A stretch of DNA of 64,000 nucleotides from Heterodontus francisci (lineage: Eukaryota), in the NCBI RefSeq assembly GCF_036365525.1, contig NC_090387.1, positions 77,003,300 through 77,067,299 of the forward strand, read 5' to 3'. The notes below the pieces were generated by a model that saw only the letters and a list, made by a program, of their open reading frames with translations, did no database searches and was not told the origin of the DNA. This document shows, one piece after another, positions 34,834 through 48,566 of the stretch. Made by a program: the position numbers and the translations under genes. The stretch's first letter is position 1. Each line of letters begins with the position of its first letter.

Positions 34834-35675
34834 TGTAAGGTTTGATGTGGTTTTGATAATCTTTTTATGCTAAGGCGAAATAGCAAAGCATGACTGTTAA
34901 CCTTTCTTAAAAGTTGTCACTATATGGCTGCTAAGTTCTTTGTGATAGTTTGCACGTACCATGATAGACAAAGGGGAAATGAACTCAAACTATGTGGGCA
35001 GTGAACTTAGTAAAGCAAGGGTAGGTGAAACCACATATCTTGAAGTTTTGCATTGGAATAAAAGTGTGATATGTTTTAAAGTGGATGCTTTTAAGAAATG
35101 ATACGGCTACGCTAGTGAATAGTTATACTAGGTGTATTAATGTGTTTAATTGTGATTAAGCTGTATACCTTATATCTGAAGGAAAGATGTGACAAGATGT
35201 GACACAGAATTTGTGCTCATGCTAGCAAAAGTGTGACCTTTTGAGACCTTTGCCAGCTTATTAAAATAAGCAGAAATATGTGTGTGCACGTACGTGTTAG
35301 CAGAGAAAGAGACAATGTACAGATCAGGAACTCAACTCTGAACCTTCTAATAGTGATGTTACAAATTGAACTAATATGGTTAAAGGAAGACATGAGCGAG
35401 AGAATTAATGACGAACACTCCAAGGACTCGTTGATATATTACTCAAAAAGCATCAAGATTACGGTCAAGCAAGAAGAAATCTCTTACCATCGTCTGTATC
35501 TCAGCAGACCAGAAAGCAAGGACCGAGAAAAGTTTGCTGTTTGCCGCTAACGTTAAGTATCGAATTAGTTACGAATTACTTAATAAATATCACTGTGTTT
35601 ACTAAACTTGCTGTTCTATCTGTATTGGGTCAGGGCTGGTCAAAAACCCATTTGGGAAAACAGTGGCATCTTACA
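34834..35675 (+). mobile_element. Solo LTR (second family)
   Basis: Perfect TGTAAG...CTTACA termini, 4-bp TSD GATG (34830-34833, 35676-35679), AATAAA at ~35582. Confidence 0.85.
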
Positions 35676-36020
35676 GATGATATGCCAGACGTCTCAGCCC
35701 CATCGTACCTTGAACCTGCTGCATCAAACAGTTTCCCATCGTGACATTCCAACCACCACTACAGTGGAGCTCCATGTCTCCCGTGGTGAACACATGAGCA
35801 CCATGACTCACTTGTGCCACATATTTCCTTGCGCTCCAGAATATCATCACTGACTTCATTGTGTGTGTGGAGGGGGGGGGGGGGGGGGGGCGGTGGGGGT
35901 GGGGGGCGCTCCCTGTCTCACCGTCCGCTATGAAGCATCTATCTTGCTGCACTGCCAGTTCCATCGTCTCCTCTTGCACTGGGCTCAAGACATGCACATA
36001 AGGCACACCATCACAATCCT

Positions 36021-36376
36021 GATTAGATTAGATTAGAGATACAGCACTGAAACAGGCCCTTCGGCCCACCGAGTCTGTGCCGACCATCAACCGCCCATTT
36101 ATACTAATCCTACACTAATCCCATATTCCTACCAAACATCCCCACCTGTCCCTATATTTCCCTACCACCTACCTATACTAGTGACAATTTATAATGGCCA
36201 ATTTACCTACCAACCTGCAAGTCTTTTGGCTTGTGGGAGGAAACCGGAGCACCCGGAGAAAACCCACGCAGACACAGGGAGAACTTGCAAACTCCACACA
36301 GGCAGTACCCAGATTCGAACCCGGGTTCCTGGAGCTGTGAGGCTGCAGTGCTAACCACTGCGCCACTGTGCCGCCC
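36021..36376 (-). mobile_element. HE1-type V-SINE, full length
   Basis: Near-identical to 6492-6850; (gatta)n tail on the + strand. Confidence 0.9.
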
Positions 36377-37125
36377 TCAAGCTGGTCCGTTCTTTTCGCG
36401 TGTGTGCTGTTTCCTCCTGCAAACGTGAATAGGTGCAGTTTTGTTCTATCAGCAGAGACAAACACAACAACCATGCTGGTGGCAGTCCAGCAGCCTATGA
36501 TAGGAGCATACAAATACAACCTGCATGCAGCTGCTCTCAAGGGACTTTATGTGGGAATGCAATGACAGATAGGCACCTCTCACCGAGATACAGTCATGCC
36601 TCAGGCAGCATTTCCTGCTGTTTTACCACATTGCCCACAGCTGGGTGGTCACTCCCTCTCGACAAAATGTACCCCCTAGCTTTGCCATATGCAAAGTTCA
36701 AAGTGTAGAATGTGCATGGAACACTCAATTTAGCAGACCGGATCAGGTCATTAATTCGCTTCTGGCATTGAATCCAGATCTGGCAGCGACCCCACAGCTT
36801 CTGACCTCCTCTGGAATATCCATTCAGGTTTGCATTGTCAGGCGGGATAGTCTCCTCCTCCTGTCCGTGGAGAAGATGACCTCCCACCTTTCCCTTGCAG
36901 CCTGGAGGATAGTCTGGAGGGAGGCATTACTGAACCGTGGGCACACCTGGGGTCTTCGTTCTGCCATTCTCCTGCAGGCTTCCATTCAGCTGCTTGACAG
37001 CAGTCTGGCAGTCAGGCAAAGTCTCTTTCAGAGCAGCCAACAGTGAAGGCAGGACTGGCAGCTCTTTCAATATGGCACCGGCACCTGCCACTGTATCACT
37101 GTTGCCACCTTCGCCGCCTGCTAGC

Positions 37126-40100
37126 AACATAGGAACGTAGGAGCAGAAGTAGGCAGTTCAGCCCGTCGAGCCTGCTCTGCCACTGAATTAGATCATAGTT
37201 GATAATCTACATCAAAACCACTTTGCTGCGGTATCCCCATATGCCTTGCTGTCGTTAGTATACAGACATCTATTGCTTTCTGTCTTGAACATGCTCAATG
37301 ATTGAACTTTCACAGCCTTCCGGGGTAGAAAATTCCAAAGATTGCCTCCTCATCTCAGTCCTAAATGGGCTACCCCTTATTGTGAGTCTATGTCCCTGGG
37401 TTCTAAACTCACCAGCCAGGGGTAACGTCTAATCTACATGACCCCTCCCCCACCCCCCGTCACGTCCTGTAAGAATTTTGTAAGTTTCAATGAGATCACC
37501 TCTCATTCTTCAAAACTCTAGAGAATACAGACCCAGTTTCCTCAATCTATCCTCATAAGAACATCCTGCCATCCCAGGGATTAGTCTGGTGAACAGCTGT
37601 TGCACTCCCTCTATGGCAAGTATATCCTTCCTTAGATGAGGAAACCAAAACTGTACACGATATTCCACGTGTGGTCTCACCAAGGCTCTATACAATTGCA
37701 GCAAGATATCTTTACTCTTGTAGCCAAAATCCCGTGCAATGAAGGCCAACATATCATTTGCCTTCCGAATTGCTTGCTGCATCTGCATGCTAGCGTTTAG
37801 TGACTCATGAACAAGAACACCCAGGTCCCTTTCAACATCAACACTTCCCAACCTCTCGCCATTTAAGAAATACTCTGTCTTTCTTTCTTTTTCTACCGAA
37901 GTGGATAGCTTCACACTTATTCACTTCATATTCCATATGCCATGTTTTTGCCCATTCATTTAGCCAGCCAAGCCCCCTTGAAGCCTCCTAGCATCCCCTT
38001 CATAACCTACATTCCCACACTAGTTTTGTGTCATCAGCAAATGTGAAAATTTTACATTTGGTCCCCACATCCAAATTATTCAGATAGATTGTGAACAGTT
38101 GTGGCCCCAGCACTGATTCTTTTGGCAACCCACTCGTAATAGCCTGCCATCCTGAGAATGATCCGTTTATTCCTACTCTCTTTTTTGTCTGTTAACCAAT
38201 TCTCAGTCTACACTAGTATATTACTCCCCAAACCCATGTGCTCTAATTTTGTTTACTAACCTCCGCTGTGGGACCTTATCAAAAGCTTTCTGAAAATCCA
38301 AATACGCCACATCCTGGTTCTCCTTTATCTATTCCACAAGTAACATCCTCAGAAAATTGCAATAGGTTTGTCAAACATGATTTGCCTTTCCTAAATCATT
38401 GTTGACTCTCCCCAATCATATCATTGTTTTCTAAGTATCTAGTTATCACATGCTTTGAAATGGAATCTTAAATTTTCCTTCCTACCGACGTCAAACTAAC
38501 AGGTCTGTAATTCCCCGTTTTTTCTTTCCCTCCTTTCTTAAATAGTAGGGTTACATTTGCTACCTTCCAGTCTGCAGGACCCTTTCCAGAATCGAGAGTA
38601 ATTTGAAAGACAACCATCAATGCATCCATTATCTCTACAGCAACCTCCTTCAGCGCTCTGGGATGTAGCTCATCTAGTCCAGGGGATTTATTAACTTTCA
38701 ATCCATTTAATTTTTAGAGTACTACCTCTTTATTAATACTAATTTCTTTCAATTCCTCATTTTCAGAAGTCCCTTGGTTCCCTAGTATTTCTGGGATATT
38801 TTTCATAACTTCCTCCGCGAAGACAGACTAATTGTTTAGCTTCTCCAACATTTCTCTGCTCTCCATTTTAAATTCTCCTGTCTCTGCCTGATTTGGACCC
38901 ACATATATCCTTGCTAATCTTTTCCGTTTCACATACCTAAAGATGTTTTTATAGTCCGCCTTTATATTTCTCGCTAGCCTGCATTCATATTCTCTTTTTC
39001 CCTTTTTTTTTATCAGTTTCTTGGTCCTTTGCTGGATTCTAAATAGCTCCCAATCCCCGGTATTACCACTTTTTCTGGCAAACTTATAAGGTGCCTCATT
39101 TGTGCTAATTCAATCTTTCACTTATTTTGTTAGCCACGCCTAATTCATCCTTCCTGACTGTTTTGCATGTTTTAGTGGAATGTATATTTTTTGTAGTCCA
39201 AGTAATACTTCTTTAAATACTAGCTATTTCCTATCTACTTCCAAATCGTTTAGTATATTTTCCCAATCAACCACAGCCAACTTGCCCCTCAAATCTCCAT
39301 AGTTTCTTTTGTTCAGATTTAACACCCTAGTTTCAGAATGAACTATATCACTTTCAAACTTAATGGAAAATGTTATCATGTTATAGTCACTATTTCCCAA
39401 AGTCTCCTTTACAGCAAGGTTATTAATTAGCCCTTTATTATCACATAATACTAAATCTTAAATAACTCGATTCCTAGTTGGTTTTTAAATGTACTGCTCC
39501 AGAAACCCATCTCGTACACACCCGAGGAATTCATTCTCCACATCATTAGTGCTGATTAGGTTTAGCCAGTCTATATGTAAATTGAAACCGCCCATTATTA
39601 CTGTAGCACTCATGTTACATGCACCTCTAATTTCCTGATTTATACCATGTCCGACATTACCACTACTGTTTGGTGGCCTGTAAGCAACTCCCACCAATGT
39701 TTGCTGCCCCTTGCTGTTTCTTAGCTGCACCCAAATTGATTCTCCATCTTGATCCTTTGATCTAAGATCCTCTCTCACTAATGTACTGATTTCATCCCTT
39801 ATTAAAGAGTGCCACCCCACCTCCTTTTCCTTTTTGCCCATCCTTCCTAAATAATGAATATCCTTGTATATCCAGCTCCCAGTATTGGTTACCCTGTAAC
39901 CTCGTCTCTGTAATGGCAATTAAATCATACCCATTTAATTCTATTTGTGCCTTTAAATCATCTACCCTGTTGAAAATGCTGCGTGCCTTCAGATAGAATG
40001 CCATTGGCTTTGTCTTTTTTTTAATCATTTTTCCGCATTCTGATCCTAGTTGATGCCTGCCTTCACTTTGCCTTTGAATTCCACTTGCTACTTTTCTACT

Positions 40101-41450
40101 TCCTGTTACCAGTTTTGCTTCCCTCCCATCTTCCATTCCTGCCACACTCAAGATGATCAATTCCCGTATTGCTACCTTGCTCTCTTGCCTTCTCCTCTCT
40201 CCCTAAATCAACATATTTTCCTTCACTTGATCTCTCACCCCCACTATTTAGTTTAAAGCCCTCTCTACCGCCCAAGTTATTTAACTCACCAGAACACTGG
40301 TCCTAGCACAGTTCAGGTGAAGATTGTCGCAATGGTACTTCTCCCACCTTCCCCAGTACTGGTGCCAGTGCCCCTTGAACCGAAACCCATTTCTCCCACA
40401 CCAATCACTGAGCCTCGCATTTAACTCTCTAATCTTATTTGCCCTACACAAATTTGCACATGGCTCAGGTGATAATCCAGAGATGATTACCTTTCAGGTT
40501 CTGTGTTTTTAATTTAGCCCACAGCTGCTCATACTCTCTATACGTCTTTCCTAGTCCTATCTATGTCGTTGGTACCCACGTGAACCACGACAACTGGATC
40601 CTCCTACGCCCACTGCAAGTTCCTCTTCAGCCCAGAGCAGACGTCCTGAACCCTGGCACTGGGCAAGCAACACAACCTTCTGGACTCCCGCTCTTAGAAC
40701 AAAGAACAAAGAATAGTACAGCACAGGAACAGGCCATTCGGCCCTCCAAGGCTGCGCCTATCTTGATGCCTGCCGAAACTAACACCTTCTGCACTTCCGG
40801 GGCCCATATCCCTCTATTACCTTCCTATTCATATATTTGTCAAGATGTCTCTTAAACGTCGCTATCGTATCTGCTTCCACCACCTCCCCTGGCAGCAAGT
40901 TCCAGGCACTCACCACCCTCTGTGTAAAAAACGTGCCTCACACATCCCCTCTAAACTTTGCCCTTCGCACCTTAAACCTATAAGCTGCAGAGAATTGTGC
41001 CAATCCCCTGACTATACTGTCCCCTCATACCACTACATTCCTATTTACTTCCCCCACTTGAATGGCTTGTTATACTATGGTGCCATGGTCAGTTTGCTCA
41101 TCCACACTGCAGCCCTTGGTGTCACCCATACAACCTGAAATAATCTCAAATCAGTTGAACAATTGCAAGAGCTGAGGTTCCTCTACTTCATCCTTTTGGA
41201 TCCTGTTACCTGTCTCACTCACAGTCACACCCTCCTGCCCTGACAACTGACCAACTCAGAAGACCCTATACGATAGGGTTTGGCTACCTTCTGGAACAAA
41301 ATGTCCAGGTGACATTCCCCGTCCCTGATGCATTGCAATGTCTGTATCTAGGGCTAAAGCTCATCAAATCTGAGGCAAAACTCGTGTGGATTACATTGCT
41401 GTCCACCTGCTTCCACATGCTACAGGTGGAACACATCTCCTGCCCTGCCA
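37126..41450 (-). mobile_element. CR1 LINE, near full-length, decayed
   Basis: ORF1 esterase relics, endonuclease (AITET, YRPPNS), RT (KSPGLDELHPR, NYRPVSLTS, RPHVEY); tail at 37126. Confidence 0.88.
40696..40982 (-). mobile_element. Short CR1 3' end nested in CR1 ORF1
   Basis: (agaacaa)n tail, cagcacaggaacaggccattcggccctccaag. Confidence 0.75.
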
Positions 41451-41578
41451 CCTTTATTGTGTTTTAATTAACTATATGATGAATTATTTAATGTATTAAA
41501 TCATTTAATGAGTCTTTTTTAATTAATGCCTCTACTCACCAATCACTCACGTTACTAATTTAACCCTTAATAACCCTA

Positions 41579-43140
41579 TGATGTTCTTGGGATTGGAGTG
41601 AAGTTTAGCCAAGTTTACTATATGATACGTGATTCAGAAAATGAGGCAGAAGTAGCAAGCTGTTGAACATAACGGAGTCTGCTTTCCAAAACTGTAAACA
41701 ATAAACTTAAAAATAAATAGTTCACTTCATAGCATAGTCACTTACGTATGGTAGGAATATACTCTCAAGAGTAGGATGTCTCTGGCATCTAATGCAACAT
41801 AGATGTGATCTCATTTGACTCATGTTCTTCATCTGAGATGTCAATGTCTGAATCAGGTTCAATGCTTACGAGTGGTACTTTCAGGGCATTGAAGAATGAT
41901 GCATTTCTTGTGATTATTTGTGATCCATGCTTAGCAGTGATCATTGATCCTTTTGTTGGTCTCCACAAATGGCTGGATATCATACAGAGTTGTTTGTTTT
42001 CCAAGATGACCATCAGATTTCATAAGTAATTTATCTCCAGGCTTTAGCAGTGTAGCTCTAAATTTCATGTTTTGGTTTTCATTTACTTTAACTTGATTCT
42101 TCTGTTCGCGATCACGTTTGCGTACAAATTGATCAATAGCTTTGCGAGTTAGCTCAGGTAGACATGTGCACATAGGATGTGCAAAGCAGAGTGTAGCTGG
42201 AAGTTTTCCAGTAGTCGAGTGAGTAGTCACCTGTAACTACGAAGAAAGTGACATAGCCCTTACTTCCTTGACTTGTCCTTAGTTGTAGCTGTATGTGTGA
42301 CTTTTTTCAAGGTTCACATAAAGCTCTCGACTTCTCCATTAGCTCATGGCCAACGGGGTGTGATTTTCCAATGAGTGAACCCTAGGTAGTTCATTAACTT
42401 GCTGAAGTCATCACTGTTGAATGGGGTCCTTTGCCACTTCTTATTATTCGAGGGATTCCAAACAAGGCGAAAATATGGTCAAGCTTTTCAATGACTGTTT
42501 TCCTTGAAGTTGACATAATTAATTCCACAATTCGGAATCTGCTGTAGGCATCCGTGGCAACAAGCAGGTGTTCACCTGTGGGCAAATCCAGAAAGTCAAT
42601 GCTAACTTCAATCCATGATCCTGGAGGTGCTTTGGCCATCTTGAGAGGAACATGAAGCTTTGACATTCTAGTTGCTTGACATGGCAAACATTGGTTGATT
42701 TTTTGTTCTACCATATGGTCAATTCCTGGGAACCATTTATTTTTCCTAATGAGTTGTTTGGTTTTGACTATTCCCTGGTGTCCTTCCTGTGCTCTGTCAA
42801 CAAAACATTCCCTCAATGAGTGTGGAATTACAATACGGTTGTTGCATAATACAGTATCAGATGTGGTTGTAACAGCGAGCTCATTTCAAACATTGTGAAG
42901 CCCTTGTACTGTGTGAATGATTTCACTTGTAGATGCTTTCTCGATCACGTTTCCAGTTTTGTGATTCCATAGTCTTCATACATAATTGCAAACTTTGGCA
43001 CCACCTTTGGCTTATGTAGGTAAGATGTTGTTCGGAAACATTTTCCTCATGACTAGCAGGAGCAACTGTTGGCAATGCATGTTGCAAAACGTTGTCCACT
43101 GAGTTACGTTTGCCTGGAAAACACTCAACATGGAACTCAT
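41579..43140 (-). mobile_element. Gypsy LTR retrotransposon fragment (integrase + probable 3' LTR 41579-41778)
   Basis: EGHQGIVKTKQLIR..WFPGID..CLPCQ..W.EVSIDF..DAYSRF. On the minus strand, a TGTTG...ACATCA-bounded ~200 bp segment with agtaaa. Confidence 0.82.
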
Positions 43141-43962
43141 GGGGGAGTGTTGAAATTACAAGAAACGGGACTGAGCGGAGGTGTTCCGCAAAGCGGTCAC
43201 CCAGTCTGCGTTTGGTCTTCCCAATGTAGAGGAGACCACATTGTGAGCAGCAAATATAGTATACTAAATTAAAAGAAGTACACATAAATCACTGCTTCAC
43301 CTGAAAGGAGTATTTGAGGCATTATATAGAGAGGAGAAAGGAGGTAAAAGGGCAGGTATTACAATTCCTGCAATTTCATGGGAAGGTGCTGTGGGAAGGG
43401 GACGAGGTGTCGAGAGTAATGGAGGAGTGGACCAGGATGTCATGGAGGGAATGATCCCTTCGGAATGCTGGCAGGGGAGGGGAGGGGAAGATGTGTTTGG
43501 TGGGCATCATGCTGGAGGTGGCGGAAATGGCAGAGGATGATCCTCTGGATGTGGAGGCTGGTAGGGTGGAAAGTGAGAACAAGAGAAACCCTGTCGCAGT
43601 TCTGGGAGGGAGGGGACAGCATGAGGGCAGAAGTGCAGGAAATGGGTCGGACATGGCTGAAAGCCCTATCAATCACAGTGAGGGGAACCCTCGGTTAAGG
43701 AGAAAGGAGGACATATCCGAGATGCTGTTGTGGAAGTTTACATCATCAGAGCAGATGTGTTGGAGATGGAGAAACTGGGAGAATGGAATGGAGTCCTTAC
43801 AGGAGGCAGGGTGTGAAGAAGTGTAGTCGAGGTAGCTGTGGGAGTCGGTGGGCGTGGACAGGCTATCCCCATAGATGGAGACAGAGAAGACGAGGAAGGG
43901 AAGGGAAATGTTGGAGATGGACCATGAAAAGGTGAGAGAAGGGTAGAAATTGAAAGCAAAGT

Positions 43963-44210
43963 TGGAGTTTACAAGTTCTCCCTGTGGCCGCGTGGGTTTT
44001 CGACGGGTGCTCCGGTTTCCTCCCACCGCCAAAGACTTGCAGGTGATAGGTAAATTGGCTGTTGTAAATTGCCCCTCGTGTAGGTAGGTGGTAGGGAATA
44101 TGGGATTACTGTAGGGTTAGTATAAATGGGTGGGTTTTGGTCGGCACAGACTCGGTGGGCCGAAGGGCCTGTTTCAGTGCTGTATTCCTAAATAAAAATA
44201 AATAAATAAA
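43963..44210 (+). mobile_element. HE1-type V-SINE, 5'-truncated, inserted in the PLE
   Basis: V-core plus tail ending (taaa)n. Confidence 0.85.
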
Positions 44211-46059
44211 CGTTTTCCAGTTCGGTGTGGGAGTAAGAAATGACACCGACCCAGTCATCAATACCAGAAAAAGAGTTGGGGGTGGGGGCCTGAGTAGGAC
44301 TGGATCAAGGAATGTTCGACATATCCCACAAAAAGACAGGCATAACTAGGACCCATGCGGGTAACCATAGCAACACCGTTTGATTTGTACGAAGTGAGTG
44401 GAGATGAAGAAGAAATTGTTCAATGTGAGAACAAGTTCAGCCAGGTGGAGGAGAGTGGTGGCGGATGGGGACTGGTTGGACCTCTGTTCAAGGAAGAAGT
44501 GGAGAGCCCTCAAACCGTCCTGGTGGGGGATGAAGGTGTAGAGAGAATGGACATCCATAGCGAAGAGGAGGTGGTAAGGGACTGGAAACTGGAAATTGTC
44601 AAAATGATGTAGGGCATCAGAAGAGTCACGGATGTAGGTGGGAAGAGTCTGGACCAGGAGAGAAATGATAGAGTCAAGACAGGAAGAAATACTTTCAGTG
44701 GGGCAGAAACAGGCTGAACTGATGGGTCTGCCAGGACAGTCCACTTTGTGGATTTTAGGAAGGTGGTAGAAGCAGGCTGTCCAGGTTTGCGGGGCTGTGG
44801 GTTTGGAAGCAGTAGAGGGAAAATCTCCGGAGGGGATAAGGTCAGTGACAGTCCTGTGGACAGTCGCTTAATGTTCGTTGGTGGGGTCATGGTCCAGGGG
44901 GAGATAGGAAGAAGTGTCTGAGAGTTGGCACTCAGCCTCTGCAAGGTGGAAGTCGGTACACCAGACATCAACAGCATCACCCTGCAGCTTTAATCACAAT
45001 GTCGGGGTTAGACCCGAGAGAACCGAGTTCAGCAAGTTCAGAGGGAGACAGGTTAGTGTGAGTCAGGGGAGCAGACAAATTGAGATGGCCAATGTTTCAC
45101 CAACAGTTCTCAATGAAAAGATCAAGAGTGGGTAAGAGGCCAGAGGAAGGGGTCCAGATGGAGGGAGAATGCTGGAGGTGGGTGAATGGGTCTGCTGGTC
45201 GGGGGAGAACTCCTGGTCAAAGAAGTGAGCATGGAGGCGATGGAAGAAAAGCTCAACGTCATGCCGAGCATGAAATTCATTCAGGTGGGGGCATAAGCGG
45301 ATAAAACTGAGTCCTTGGCTGAGTACAGATTGTTCAGAAACAGAGAGGTGAAGGTCAGAGGGTATAGTGAATACACGGCAAGGATCAGATCAGAAGGGAT
45401 CGGGTAAGAGGGAAGTGAAGGGGATGAAGGATCTGGAGGGGCATTAGTCCCCATCAGCTGCTGGAGCTTGCATTCCTTAACACCTGAAAGGAAGATAAAA
45501 CGTTTTTTGTTAATGCATCGGATAAGACAAAGGATGAAATGAAACTGTGGAGTAGAACAGCTTTGAGATAAGGTGAAATGGTGCTTCTAGAGAGAGAGGT
45601 CTAGTGTATACCTGTGGCTGTGCATTGCACTGACTGTGGATCTCAGGATGCAGAGAGAGCAGCAGTCTGAGGAACATTGTATTTCTTGGAGATACCTGTA
45701 ATCCTGGGTGGATTCAAAACATGAAGGACGGAACTTCAGTTGGAATCCATGTGGAATACGTCAGAGCCAGAGACAGTCACTGTGGAAGGAGATGTGGCTG
45801 TGGAAACGAGTTTGAGCAGACACTTTATCAAACACCAGGATGGAAATAGAAAGCAATGAAGGTGAACAAGGTAAAAGAGAAATCCTGTCGGAGAGAAGAT
45901 CAGAACATCTTCAAAGTCTGCATTTCTGGAAGAGACGTGGCAGTGAATTAAACACTAAAATAAAAGCAAAATACTGCAGATGCTGGAAATCTAAAACAAA
46001 AACCAAAAGTGCTAGAAATACTCAGCAGGTCTGGCAGCATCTGTGGAGACAGAAGCAAA

Positions 46060-46094
46060 GTTAACGATTCAGGTCTGTGACCTGTCATCAGAAC
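46060..46094 (-). ncRNA. Minimal type I hammerhead ribozyme motif in the PLE pseudo-LTR (one core mismatch)
   Basis: Minus strand GUU-CUGAUGA-C-AGGUC(ACA)GACCU-GAAU-CGUU-AAC: conserved core, stem II and stem I present; GAAA is changed to GAAU. Confidence 0.7.
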
Positions 46095-46478
46095 AGGCAA
46101 AGATGAGAAATGAATTAGGTTTTAAGCAACTGATAAGGATGTTGTGGGGGAGAGAACAAAGGGGAAGGTATTTGTTGGGGCAGGAGAGATTAACTAACAA
46201 AGCTGTCCTGGGACAAAGGCAAAGCATGTGTTAATGCTTGTGGTGAAAGACAAATCATTAGTTGAGAGAGACTGTTAATAACGGAATAATCAGCACGTCT
46301 GAGTACATGAAAAGCAGACACATGGTTAAAAAAGTAAAATATTAATAAAAAGGCCAGTCATGCTCTGAAGTTATTGAACTCAATGTTCAGTCTGCAAGGC
46401 TGGAGAGTGCCTAATCAAAAGATCAGGTGCTGCTCCTCGAACTTGACTTGAAGTTCACTGGATGGCTGAACTTGGCCA

Positions 46479-48566
46479 AATAGAATCCAGGACCGGCATG
46501 TTCCTGTGGAGAAGAAGGATAAGTTTGGCAAGTTTCGGGAAACTTGGATAACGAGGGATATTGTGAGCCTAGTCAAAAAGAAAAAGGAAGCATTCATAAG
46601 GGCTGGAAGGCTGGGAACAGACGAAGCCCTTGAGGAATATAAAGAAAGTAGGAAGGAACTTAAGCAAGGAGTCAGGAGGGCTAAAAGGGGTCATGAAAAG
46701 GCATTGGCAAACAGGATTAAGGAGAGTCCCAAGGCTTTTTATACGTATATAAAGAGCAAGAGGGTAGCCAGGGAAAGGGTTGGCCCACTCAAGGACAGAG
46801 GAGGGAATCTATGTGTGGAGCCAGAGGAAATGGGTGAGGTACTAAATGAGTACTTTGCATCAGTATTCACCAAAGAGAAGGACTTGGTGGATGATGAGTC
46901 TAGGGAAGGGAGTGTAGATAGTCTGGGTCATGTCATTATCAAAAATGAGGAGGTGTTGGGTGTCTTGCAAAGCATTAAGGTAGATAAATCCCCAGGGCCT
47001 GATGGGATCTACCCCAGTATACTGAGGGAGACAAGGGAGGACATTGCTGGGGCCTTGACAGAAATATTTGTATCCTCATTGGCTACAGGTGAGGTCCCAG
47101 AGGACTGGAGAATAGCCAATGTTGTTACTTTGATTAAGAAGGGTAGCAAGGATAATCCAGGAAATTATAGGCCGGTGAGCCTTACGCCAGTGGTAGTGAA
47201 ATTATTAGAGAGGATTCTTCGGGACAGGATTTATTCCCATTTGGAAACAAATGAACTTATTAGCGAGAGGCAGCATGGTTTTGTGAAGGGGAGGTCGTGT
47301 CTCACTAACTTGATTGAGTTTTTTGAGGAAGTGAGGAAGATGATTGATGAAGGAAGGGCAGTGGATGTTGTCTATATGGACTTTAGTAAAGCCTTTGACA
47401 AGGTCCCTCATGCCAGACTGGTACAAAAGGTGAAGTCACATGGGATCAGAGGTGAGTTGGCAAGATGGATACAGAACTGGCTCGGTCATAGAAGACAGAG
47501 AGTAGCAGTGGAAGGGTGATTTTCTGAATGGAGGGCTGTGACTAGTGGTGTTCTGCAGGGATCAGTGCTGGGACCTTTGCTGTTTGTAGTATATATAAAT
47601 GATTTGGAGGAAAATGTAGCTGGTCTGATTAGTAAGTTTGCGGACCACACAAAGGTTGTGGGAGTTGCGGATAGTGATGAGGATTGTCAGAGGATACAGC
47701 AGGATATAGATCGGTTGGAGACTTGGACGGAGAAATGGCAGATGGAATTTAATGTGGACAAATGTGAGGTAATGCATTTTGGAAGATCTAATACAGATGG
47801 GAAGTATACAGTAAATGGCAGAACCCTTAGGAGTATTGACAGGCAGAGAGATCTGGGCGTACAGGTCCACAGGTCACTGAAAGTGGCAACGCAGGTGGAT
47901 AAGGTAGTCAAGAAGGCATACGGCATGCTTGCCTTCATCAGTCGGGGCATAGAGTATAAAAATTGGCAAGCCATGCTGCAGCTGTACAGAACCTTAGTTA
48001 GGCCACACTTAGAATATTGCGTGCAATTCTGGTCGCCACACTACCAGAAGGACGTGGAGGCTTTGGTAAGAGTACAGAAGAGGTTTACCAGGATGTTGCC
48101 TGGTCTGGAGGGCATTAGCTATGAGGAGAGGTTGGATAAAATCAGATTGTTGTCACTAGAACGACGGAGGTGGAGGGGCGACATGATTGAGGTTTACAAA
48201 GTTATGAGTGGCATTGACAGAGTGGATAGTCAGAAGCTTTTTCCAAGGGTGGAAGAGTCAGTTACTAGGGGACATAGGTTTAAGGTGCGAGGGGCAAAGT
48301 TTAGAGGGGTTTGCGAGGCAAGTTCTTTACAGAGAGGGTGGTGAGTGCCTGGAACGGGCTGCCGGGGGAGCTATTGGAAGCAGGTACGATAGTGACGTTT
48401 AAGAGGCATCTTGACAAATACATGAATAGTATGGGAATTGAGGGATACGGTCCCTGGAAGTGCAGAAGGTTTTAGTTTAGACAGGCATCAAGATCGGCGC
48501 AGGCTTGGAGGGCCGAATGGCCTGTTCCTGTGCTGTACTGTTCTTTGTTCTTTGTTCTTTGTTCTT
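46479..48566 (+). mobile_element. CR1 (HER1-like) LINE, 5'-truncated, young
   Basis: ORFs 46506-47519 and 47538-48344 cover the RT with one in-frame stop; (TTCTTTG)n tail. Confidence 0.93.

Larger units (their letters stand above)
33740..37125 (-). mobile_element. PIF/Harbinger-type DNA transposon relic with Myb/SANT-like DNA-binding protein pseudogene
   Basis: Minus strand 36730-36945 reads PRFSNASLQTILQAARERWEVIF..*..IWIQCQKRINDLIRSAK. Downstream segment LSPVQEETMELA..IADGE. MITE-type end at ~33740-33920. Confidence 0.7.
43140..46460 (-). mobile_element. Penelope-like element: RT + GIY-YIG ORF relic with upstream pseudo-LTR (~45955-46460)
   Basis: PGRPISS..MDVHSLYT.IPH (PLE RT); NLVYYICCSQCGLLYIGKTKRRLGDRFAEH (GIY-YIG). 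A copy of the C-terminus (EEQHLIF) plus 3'UTR lies upstream of the ORF. Confidence 0.9.
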
